Origin: Xylographa opegraphella
Lineage: Eukaryota
Assembly: GCA_022813865.1 (NCBI GenBank)
Contig: JALDZX010000017.1
Span: forward strand, 1 to 64,000
Direction of reading: 5' to 3'
Length of the DNA: 64,000 nucleotides
Within the stretch, counting starts at the first letter, position 1; each line of letters starts with the position of its first letter. The notes beneath the pieces are model-generated. The model was not told the DNA's origin. It ran no database searches and worked only from the letters and a program-made list of their open reading frames with translations. Made by a program: the position numbers and the translations under genes. Shown here one piece after another: positions 53,733-64,000 of this stretch.

Positions 53733-54901
53733 GAGGACGGATCGTTGGTGGCACTGAGCCTCAGCACGAAAGAAAGGTGTATGGTAAAGTGAAGTTATGA
53801 GCCGAGCGCGTCGTCCTAGTAAATTCCCGCCGAGAAGTATAATTAGTAATATTTTCGTATTAGTAAATTCACTCCTATCTAGCTCTGTCATTTCTCCTCA
53901 TGTGTTCGTCCTGCTGTTTGACACGTCGACGAAGTGCACATGTGGACAGGATGAGCCAGGTTGGTGATTCCTCGGAAGCTCTTGTCGGTGATTGCGTCAC
54001 ACGTCAATAATTACGAAAGAATGGTTTGGTTACGTTTCGAAAGATGAACATGAGCAGCCATACTGTTTAAATAAAGTCGCAACTTTTGGTAGATTGTCCG
54101 CTCTTGGGAAGATCAAGCCTGGGGATCGCTCGATATGATGAGAAATCTGATCAGGTGGTAACTTGATTTGTGGTCGCTCAAACGAATTGCATTGACACAA
54201 GGTGAGGAGAGGCTCATTTGAAAACATAGGGTTTATGGGCGGATGAAGATATACAGATCTGTAGGTACATATGGTACATTGGTACATATGTGAGCTATGC
54301 GGGCTATGCAACGTGGACATGCCGAATACCGCAATGGCTCTTCCCTCCTCTGTAGAAGAATCTTCTGAACCCTTCGATACAGGGATCGAATGAGGATTCA
54401 GTTGAACTTCCTCTTTCGCTTTTGGCGAGCGTGACACACATCAGCACGATGACGTCAAATGTACGGATAATTGGACGGCAGCAACGTTTCAAGCATCACG
54501 CTCGACCTCTCGTCTCTTACCCCGCAACTGTCGGCATATGTCTGAGAAGGCAAGATCATCCTGCCAAGTGTGGTACTTGAGGGATTATCGTGACTGCCAT
54601 TCACCTCTATCATGCAATGCAGGCGGTCTCACGCCCACTGCCAGGTTTGTCAGGTCTGCACCAGGTCAGGATGCGTGTGCGGAACGCGCTCTCCGTTCTC
54701 GTTGTCATCTACACCGAGTGGACGGATAAATAGCCTGGGCCTCGTTGAGCGATGAAACCCTTGATGCTGCTTGCGGGCCCTATCCTGAGGGCTTGTTGAC
54801 TTGCCGACTCTGTATTTGTATATAACGGTTACTCAGCCCTTTGTTTCCATTTCCTCGAGTCTATTTCTTGTGTATCATAAGTCGTTTATGATATCTTCGC
54901 G

Positions 54902-56789
54902 ATGTTGCCCAAAATATACAATACCTACTTTCTGGCTATAATAGCCACGATTGGAGGGATGCTGTGAGTCGAGGGTTTCCGTTAATGTAACATGATAGAC
55001 TATCTAATAGGTGACCATCAGTTTTGGGTTTGACATTTCTTCCATGGTGCGTGAACTTGGAGAATGTGTTCTTGACTATCTGTATGATCTTTTAACGACT
55101 CCGCCAGTCAGCCATCATCGGCACTACTCAATATATAGACTATTTCAACAACCCTTATGGCATTATTCAGGGTGCAATCGGTTCTGCTTTAGCTGCTGGC
55201 TCTGTCGTGGGATCTCTCTTTGCGGGGCCTCTATCCGATAAGATCGGCCGAAGAGATGCAATATTCATCGGATGCTTGTTCTGGCTCCTCGGCACTGCTA
55301 TCCAGGTGGCCTGCAACGGGTATGGAATGCTGATCGGAGGCCGTATCATCAACGGCATATGTGTTGGTATTACTTCTTCGCAGGTGCCTGTGTATCTGGT
55401 GAGTAGACTAATGCAAAACGAATACTCCGGCTGATAACCAATGATAGGCGGAAATTGCAAAAAAGGAGAAGCGAGGATCGATTATTGTCATCCAGCAGCT
55501 TGCGATTGAATGGGGTATGAGGTCTTCGACATGGATCGCTACCATCACACGCTAATGTTTGACCGTAGGTATCCTCTTCATGTTCTTTATTGGATATGGC
55601 TGTTCTTTCATTGCTGGTCCTGCTTCATTTCGCACCGCATGGGGCTGTCAGTTCATACCAGCTGTGATTTTGATGCTAGGCATTCCGTTCTTGCCGCGGT
55701 CTCCGCGCTGGCTGGCCAAAGTTGGACGGACGAAACAAGCCATCGAGATTCTAGCCCGGATACAAGCCAACGGCGATATCGAAGACCCTCTCGTGGTTGC
55801 TGAATGGGAAGAAATAACGACCGTTCTAGCGCTGGAGCGTGAGGGTGTAAAGGGTTGGCGGAAATTCTTCAAAAACGGAATGTGGCGGCGCACGATAGCC
55901 GGCATGTCAGTTCAAGCCTGGCAGCAGGTAACTGGCCCGATACTCCTCGGGTTACTACGAAACTGACGAGGTACTCTCATAGATGAGCGGGGCAAACGTG
56001 ATGACTTATTACGTTGTGTATGTTGTCGGCGTCACATTCCGATGGCTAAGCTAATAATTCCTGCCCAGATACGTCTTCCAGATGGCCGGCTTGAAAGGAA
56101 ATATCAACCTGATATCTTCGGGAGTACAGTATGCTCTGTTTGTAGTCTTCACAGGCATCGTGTTCTTCTTCATCGACAACACCGGCCGCAGACCTCTGCT
56201 CATCTATGGTGCAATCGGCATGGGTATTTGCCAGTTCATTGTGGGCGGAGTCTTAGGGAGCTATGGTACATACGTCCCTAAAGGCGTAGGTGGCAACCTC
56301 AACGTTATCGTCTCCGTTACCGGATCCCCCAGCCACGTCGTAATTGCATTCTCCTACCTTCTCATCATCGTCTACGCTCTCACACTCGCCCCGGTGGCCT
56401 GGGTTTACGCCGCCGAGGTGTGGTCTCTTGAGACGAGGGCGACGGGAATGGCTCTTGCAGCAGTCGCCAACTGGCTCTTCAATTTCGCGCTTGGCCTTTT
56501 TGTGCCGCCCGCCTTTGCCACGATCTCTTGGAAGACGTTCATTATCTTCGGGGTCTTGTGCTTCGCTGCCGCGGTCCAGGCCTACTTCACTTACCCAGAG
56601 ACTGCGAAGAAATCGTTGGAGGAAATCGAGATCATGTTCAGCAAAGGGGGCCCGAAGCCGTGGAAGACTAAGGTCGGGGAAAGTAGATTGGACGCTGAGA
56701 TTGAGCGAGTGCGGGCGAGAAAGCTCAGCATGGCTACGGCTGTTGCTCCTGAGAAGGATCTTGGCTACTCCGAGAAAGAGTTTGCCTGA
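54902..56789 (+). CDS. MFS sugar porter, high-affinity glucose transporter (HGT1-like), 7 exons
   Basis: Motifs ATIGGMLFGFDISSMSA, DKIGRR, SSQVPVYLAEIA, PRSPRWLA, QAWQQMSGANV..YY, WVYAAEVW and PETAKKSLEEI. Confidence 0.95.
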
Positions 56790-57491
56790 ATTATCTCATT
56801 TGGCGAGAGAGTGAATGGTTTACGCCTGGTCTGCGGTCTGAGATATACAACTATGGTAATCCAGTGTACATGAGATCTCATGACGATCAAAATGAGGTCA
56901 CTTACAACAAGTTACTTATATAACGTGGCTAATCAAGGATGGTTTATTTGCAAAGCAAGCCATCAGATATGAACTCTGTCCCACCCCACACATGTATTGT
57001 GCAATCAGAGACTATCGTACTCCTTTCCGTGTACCACCAGCTCTCCGCTCCCTTCCCGCGTGCTTCCACCATTGGAGAAAGCAAACTGCTGCCGACACGC
57101 CTAGAGGTTGGCGCATGCGCAATTCGTCCTGCATGCCGAATTCTCGACATCTTGTAAACATTCAGCTTCCGTGATGATCCCCGGGTATCTCCACCCTTCA
57201 CCAAGGAGCGTATTCTTCCGAAAATGGCTTCTTTTGCTCGGAAATGACTATTATGAATATCAATCTCATGTACCCGGGGGTGGAATGCTCAAAACTGCCC
57301 CAAATACCCCTCAACATGTTGGCTTCGGTCTGTATGCAGTTCTAGCTTCCGACTGGAGTGACATCGGAGCAGAATGAATGACAGTGAACGGAGAAAGCTC
57401 CATAAGGATACTTCAGAACAACCGACCGCGAAACATGCAGAAATCCAAATGCTTTCATATCCCATCACTCATCACTCATTCTCCCAGCCCT

Positions 57492-58994
57492 TCAAAACCT
57501 CGCCTCCACCTTCCTCTGCGTCTCCCCCAACGCCCACTCACTCCTATGCTTCCGACTCCTGACCTGATTGACCTGCGCTCGCGTGAACCCCCTCGCCTCC
57601 ACCGCCGGGTTATAACCCACCCCGCTAACCTGCTCTACTGCCTTGCTGCTCACTTCCTCATTCTCCATCCCATCCGCCCTCTTATACACCGTACACACCA
57701 CCGCACCCCCCAAGCCCAGATTATGCTGCAGCGCTGCACTCGACCCTTTCACGAGCCGGTTGTTCGCCCAGCCTCGGAGCTGCCACACCAGTTCCGCACA
57801 CTGGGCCACACCCGTCGCGCCCAGGGGGTGTCCCTTTGAGATGAGTCCCCCGGACGGGTTTATCACGCACCGCCCTCCGTACGTGATGTCCCCGGCCCTG
57901 ACCATCTCATGCGCCTTTCCCGGCTCGCACAGCCCCAGCGCGTCAATGGTCACCATCTCGTTCGCCGAGAAGCAATCGTGTAGCTCACACACACGCACGA
58001 CATTCGCGCCAATGCCCGCTTCCGCCAGCGCGGCTTTCCCGGCCCGCTGGCTCATTCCATATCCTACTAGATTGATGGCGCTGCGATCGAAGAGCGACGG
58101 CGTGTCTGTGACCATGCATTGCCCGGCTATCAGCACAGCTTGTCCTTTTAGATGCGGTCGCGCATCGAGGAAAGCCTGGGAAACGACAATAGCAGCCGCA
58201 CCGCCGTCGGAGGTAGGACAGCACTGCGTCTTCGTAAGTGGCGGGTGGACCATTGGTGCAGCGAGGATGTCCTCGAGGGAGTAGACGTCGCGGAACTGGG
58301 AGTAAGGATTCGCCGCCGAATGGGCATGATTGACACGCGCGATCTCTGCAAAGTCCTCCGCCGTAGCACCGTATCTACACAAAACGTCAATTCTGTATTC
58401 GCCCGTTCCTCCAACCCCCTGAAGCCAGAAACCAGGGGCGCACTCACTTCTCCATGTACTCCCTACCCGCGTTCCCAAACATTTGCGCCGCACCCGGTGC
58501 ATTTGACAGGCCCCGCGTCTCTAACATCATTCGCCCCGTAGTACCCGTCGGATCCTCCCGATCCGGCCAATGGCTGCCCAGGCTACCGCGCTCCATCTTC
58601 TCGAAGCCGACGACGAGCACGCACTGCGCGCTGCCGCCTTGTATCATCGTGCGCGCAATATGCAGGCCTGTCGAGCCGGTCGAGCAATTGTTGTTTACAT
58701 TGTAGATTGGGATGCCAGTCATGCCGAACTGGTAGAAGACACGCTGGCCGCACGTGGAGTCGCCGTAGCAGTAACAGGCGACGCCGAGGTCGACGTCGTC
58801 ATAGTTGAGGTGCGCATCGAGGAGGGCTTTGATGCCGGCTTGTGGGATGCGACGTTAGTATGGAGGGTTCAGGCGTTGGAATGATGGGACTTATCGAAGC
58901 CGAGTTCAGTATACTCGACTTTCCCGCGTGGCTTGAGGAATTTGGTGAGCCCGACCCCGAGGATGTAGGCCGGGGATTTGGAGGGGTTCGTCAT
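57492..58994 (-). CDS. SCP2/SCPx-type thiolase (nonspecific lipid-transfer protein family), 3 exons, C-terminal ARF (PTS1-like)
   Basis: Motifs YILGVGLTKFLKPRG, ACYCYGDSTCGQRVFYQ.GMTGIPIYNVNNNCSTGSTGL, QCCPTSDGG, ELHDCFSANE, SKGHPLGATG and LQHNLGLGG. Confidence 0.96.
58842..58894 (-). other. Non-canonical AT-AC intron (53 nt) with U2-type signals
   Basis: Sense strand GGC TTC G|ataagt...tactaac gtcgcatcccac|AA GCC GGC ATC AAA restores ELGFEAGIKALLDA. Confidence 0.8.
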
Positions 58995-59748
58995 TGTGGA
59001 GATCCGGTGAAAGAAGTCTTATGAAGCCCTCATGTCTGGATATTATTCACATAGGACGCAAGATGTTGTGAACCCTGAGGAAACATTCGAGGACAGGGCA
59101 GATTGCGGGGAGATGCCGAGGCTTAGGGTATGGGGGCGTTTAGGGTAAGCTTCGGTAAAACATATGACCTAGCCGGCCGGCTGTCAGGGGAAAATGATCT
59201 TTTGTCCTCGACACCAGATGAATCAAAGCTTACTGTACATTGCACATATCGGATCAAGTCCTCACTGACGATACAGGCATCGCAGGTAGTCTTTGGTAGT
59301 TAGAGAATTATTGTGTGGGCTTTGACAAAAGTTAGAGCGTAGATGAACTGTCAGAAATTGAAACATTTTCCTTTTAGGCAAGCACAGGCTCCAAGAAGAG
59401 GAGAGGTTACCTTGTCCATTCATACTTGCCATATTTTCTCTTTTCCAAGTCTCTAAACAGATTTCAAGATCACATCTACATTATTGACCACACCTTACCT
59501 TAGGCTTAATTTGTCCAAGAGTTAAAGTAAACATGAAACAATTATTAGTGAGCCATACTAGCCCAGATTAGTCCCAGAGCTAATCAAAACCTGACGACCT
59601 GTAACGAGTCAAGGTGATTACTAACAGTTACTAACCATGACCTAAGTCTCTACGACTTCCTCGCTGTATCTCCAGGTTTGATGTCCAGAATGAACAGTCT
59701 TGCCTCATCTATGGACGCAAAAATATCTGTACCCATAAGAAACCGATA

Positions 59749-61346
59749 ATGCAATCCGAGGAGACCGTGCTGTACAGCAAATCTTTCTTTGCCAAAGAGC
59801 TCGCCACAAGTCGCAAGCTCCTGCTCTACTCGCTCCTCGTGCCACTGCTGTACGAAACGCTCACGATATGGGGAACCGCGAGCTTGTACTATGGATCAAC
59901 CACATCAACCAACCTGAAGAGGCTCACGGTCTATGCCGTAGATTTGGATGGTGCATTCCTCGGCCAGCAGATGATAGGAGCGATCAAGGCCTCGTTGAAC
60001 TCGACTCCCAACCCATTAGGGTGGCAATTCGATGACTCGGTGAACTCCGATACAATGTCAAGAGCGCTTGTGACAGACGAGCAAGCTTGGGCGGTCATTC
60101 AAGGCAGGCGTGCTTCGATTCTTGGGGTTCAATGTTGACCCACAGCATTAGTGAACATGAATGCCTCTTTGAGATTGAACTCAGCTCTGCGCTCCGGAAG
60201 TACGACGTACAGTCCTCTGTCTGCAGTAACTATCTATTTTGCTTCGGCACGCAACCAGATAGCAATGGGCTCGCTGGTCTTGCCTGCCGTACTCGGAATC
60301 GTAAATCCGCTTTTGGCCGATTTCGGCGCCATGCATACGGGCACTTTTCTCGAAGATCGCGCTGGAAATGCAACAGCAGTCGAAATTGCCGTACAATGTC
60401 CGGTCTGTCTCGCATCACCTTTCGCAGCGCAACAGATAGACCTCCATCCGTTCGACGTCCCAACAGCCTCTGGTTCTGTTACAGTCGGCTTGATCTTTGT
60501 GAGTGAAGAAGATGATAACAGGCACTATACAAACGTTCCTGATGATGAAGTTTCAAGCTTTTGACATTCACCTTTTCCATATTCCAGATCCTCCGCGCCA
60601 ATGCAGAACTCATCGGAGCCGACCTGAACTTGACTTCGACTCTTCTTTTTCGTTTTGTGTCCTCAATAATGGCATACCTGCTCCTCTCGCTAAGTTATAC
60701 ACTTATCAACATCGCCTTCGGGGTTCCACTGTACAGAATTTTCGTTCGCACTGGCTTTGTGGTATATTGGATGCTGAATGCTTGCACTATGGGTGCTTGT
60801 AAGTATTTACACGAGCCTGTAGGACTATGCACAATCGAGCTGATTGCGGTAGTGGGCTTCCCCATGGAATCTCTGTTCACACTCATCGGTCTCCGTTGGG
60901 CAGGCTATTTCTTCAGCTTCTGTAAAGTTCACTTCCTCAGGAATCGTTCAACTGCGATCCTGTTTTTGTTCGACATAACCAGCCCTTAAAGCTGCTAACC
61001 CACGTTCTGGATTGAACAGGGGTCATAATCAACGTATCTTCTGCATTCGCGGCTTTCGAGAGCATGCCTACATTCTATGAATACGGATATGGCCTTCCAT
61101 TCTTCAACAATGTGAGCATTCTCATTTCGTCCACTATATCTTGTTTTCCAACTATCAAAACAGGCAACTAATATGCCGCGGTAGATACAAGGAGCAAGGT
61201 CAATAATCTTTGGAACAAAGAATCATCTGAGTCGAAATTTCGGCATCTTAATCGCGTGGATGATACTCGGTCTTATCGGTATAGTTGTGTTTACAGCGTT
61301 GGGAATGCGAGAGAATCAGAAAAGACACACCCATATTATACGGTGA
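59749..61346 (+). CDS. SNG1/DUF3533-like multi-pass membrane protein, 6 exons
   Basis: Motifs VYAVDLDG, EQAWAVI, YFASARN, TVGLIFL, GFVVYWMLN, WVIINVSS, FYEYGYGLPF and RSIIFGTKNHLSRNFGILIAW. Confidence 0.85.
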
Positions 61347-62291
61347 TATTGGTCTTTCAAAATTTTCGAACATATAGAATCTTGTCCCAGAACTACCAAA
61401 ACATAGGTGTGAAGGCGTAGTAATATTGGATTATAGTACAAAGTGGGTTGTTTACTGAGCATGTTTTGATGCCAGTGCACCTGAACTGCATGCGTATTGG
61501 GGGAAATTGGTATAGTGATATTGAGTCGGGCCGCCTAAGGTGGATGGTCGTAAGCGGAAGGATCTTGTAATTTACGAACTTTGCTAAAATCGTTACAAGC
61601 AAGGATATGAGTGCGTGCGAGCGATGGAGGCGTTCCTCGAAGTTGTAAAGCGTGATTGGGAATAATCAGGATTGATATACTTCGGCCACCCTATTGCCTA
61701 CTTTCGGTCGTTCTTATATTGAGTCCCTCCTCATGGATTCTTGACTACCGCTAAGGGCATGTTCGCACGGCAGTTGGGCGGTAGGTCGCCAACTCCGTAC
61801 TTATCATCATCCGAGGCGATGAATTTAACCTTGAAATGATCCATGGCGCTCACCCGACAGCCGATCGTGTGTAAAGTTGCGGTAGTTTCGGTCTCATTCT
61901 GGGGTACAAGAGTTACACGGCCTCGCGAACGTCGATAGTGTCTATGTTATGACATACCTTGAATCTGGAGTTGCCGAATCAGTAGATTAGGGATCGTGAA
62001 TCCTATCAAAGACGGCTGTGCTCATGTTGAATGCTACGTATTAGTAGCCTAGCTTATCGAGGATGATAATCCCTACATGGAACCAAGATTTGGTAAGATT
62101 GCTGGTCGGCCAACACTATGGTCAAAGACTCTTTCGATCTTCAAGCTTCGAATGCAGTAGACCAGACATAATTGGAAATATAACGACAAGTTTTGGTCAT
62201 CGAAGCATCGTAGTCGTGATTCCACGAACACCCGCCTCAAACGCCAGGCTAATCGTCGGTAAATTACTAGTGGAGGATTGAATGCACCTGG

Positions 62292-64000
62292 TCAGCCAGG
62301 CCACGTTACTTTGGCTCCCTCAACATACTCTGCAGTGCAGTTGTCGTCATTGTCTTTCCTTCTTCTCACAGCTGTATGGAAGATGCGACTTGCCCTCCTA
62401 TATGGGCTTACACATTTGTCCTCTGGTAACGTAGATTGCCGTTGAGGGCACAGAGTATCAACTTGCTTCCTTGCGGCTGGTATGAGGATAAGATAGATTG
62501 GGTATATCGTGCCAAATACGGATGAAGCGACGTTCACGCAGAAAGAGTATTGGAGGCCAACAGCGTTTCTAACAGGGTACATGATGACCGGTAGGATCGC
62601 TCCCCCGGATATGGCTGCTGTCAAATAGATGGAGCCTCTTTTGGTATGCGAGCCAAGGCCACGAAGAGAGATAGCAAAGAGAAGAGGGAAAATACCCGAC
62701 TAAAATACTTAGTGTTATCATTGATCTTCCGAGCTTCTCCAGGACCTCAAGGATAGAAAAGAATCCACAAACCTCGAAGAATTGGCACAAGACAATCATG
62801 GCGATACCAGCAGGACCCACAAGACTCATCGACAACGCCGATGTCACGATCATACCTATGAAAAGGAACAGGAGAATATGGCTCGGCTTGAAGAATACTT
62901 CGACAAGAGCGCAGAGGAAGCGGCCGACTGCAAAAACTGTATGGCCAATAACAGAATAATTAAAGTATCCAATAGTAGATCTATAACCGATCAGCGATAT
63001 ACCTGTTCAAAAGCTGGTCATACTACTTTGGCGAAACAGTATCGATGTAATCCCCAAAAGCCCCAGCTACGGCTTCCTGAGTACCGACATAGCACCATAT
63101 CGAAAATACACCGAGACCTAGTGTGATGTAGACAACTGGAATGTTGAGTAGTTTTCGGGAGTTGATGTCCTGTCTCTTCTCGGCCATTTCATCGAAGTCC
63201 TCATCAGAAGCTTCCGGTATAGGCATGTAATAGAAAGCTACAGCGAGAATGACATCAAATAGCGCAATCCCTAAATATGCCCACTGAAAATCAACGAGAG
63301 ATGGTGCATCCAGTACGTTCTTGAATAGGACTTCTTTAGCGAGTAGTGGTGCTACAACTGTGCCAACAGCCTGTACTCCTTGTGATAGGTTGAGGCGCGT
63401 TTCCGCGTATTCCGGAGGACCGCAGAGGGCGACGAAGGGATTTGCGGCGACCTCCAATATGGAAACACCAAATCCAACCAGAAAGTTCGATACCAGGAAG
63501 GCGGGAAAAGAGGTCAGCACTCCAGAGGGCCAGAAAACCAATGTGCCAGTACTATATATACATAAACCTGTGATAAATGTAGCTCTGAAGCCCCAGCGCA
63601 AAAACACTAAGCGGCCGACGGTAAGCGGGCCAACAAGGTATGCCCCGTAATAAGCGGCGTGAAGTCCAAGTCCTTGGCCAGAAGTCGTACCAGCAACCAC
63701 TTGAAACTGCGAGTTCAAGACGCTGAGTAATCCATATGCGAATCCCCACATGAAAAATAAAATGGTAACAAGCGCTAACGGTACGAGGGATTCTTTATTG
63801 CTCAACTTGGTCATTGGCTTCTTCTCTTTCATATTATAAAAGTCAAGGTACGCAGTGCTAGGTCTTTCACTTCTTGTTGGAGTGTTCAATACACTATTCT
63901 GCATGTTCGTTGTACTCCACGATGTTTCAGGTGTCGTCAGAAAGTCCATCATATCCACGTCGTCTTCATTTCCATGTAGAGCCGACGGTAGAGGTTCTCG
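62292..64000 (-). CDS. MFS fucose/glucose-galactose permease (FucP-like), 5' end beyond the window
   Basis: Motifs LVTILFFMWGFAYGLL, AAYYGAY, GLCIYSTG..FWPS, LEVAANPFV..CGP...E.RLNLSQGVQAVG, CYVGTQEA, FFESGIFP and AAISGGA. Confidence 0.92.

Noticed and set aside
58842..58894. Interpreting the AT-AC intron as minor-spliceosome (U12) type
   Set aside because: The donor is ATAAGT, not ATATCC, and the branch point is TACTAAC, not TCCTTAAC.
51821..58994. Functional link between the SPF45-like gene and the nearby AT-AC intron
   Set aside because: Splicing factors act in trans, so 5 kb proximity is not evidence.
61727..62280. Coding-looking minus-strand fragment (GCRVSAMDHFKVKF...NMPLAVVKNP)
   Set aside because: Short, interrupted by stops, and I cannot assign it to a family.

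Overview
Gene-dense 64 kb window from a filamentous ascomycete (Pezizomycotina), judged from short spliceosomal introns with CTRAC/CTAAT branch points and the gene content. I can support about 25 intact protein-coding genes. Enzymes: a secreted FAD-linked oxidoreductase, TatD nuclease, Siw14/OCA-type phosphatase, aldo-keto reductase, NADP-glutamate dehydrogenase (gdhA), Ubp12-like deubiquitinase, SDR, class-V PLP enzyme, 2OG-Fe(II) dioxygenase, alpha/beta hydrolase and SCP2-type thiolase. Regulators and others: a Pth11-like receptor, Zn2Cys6 transcription factor, BTB protein and SPF45-like G-patch splicing factor. Membrane proteins: two MFS transporters and an SNG1/DUF3533-like protein. There are also several secreted/GPI or hypothetical proteins, a decayed arylsulfotransferase pseudogene and several mini/microsatellites. 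I saw no RNA genes or intact transposons. The standout signal is splice-site usage. The first intron of the thiolase has no frame-preserving GT-AG solution that I could find and reads best as a 53-nt AT-AC intron with major-spliceosome (U2-type) signals. Two well-supported and one possible GC-AG intron occur in the same window. All gene models were assembled by eye, so exon boundaries and some starts are approximate.
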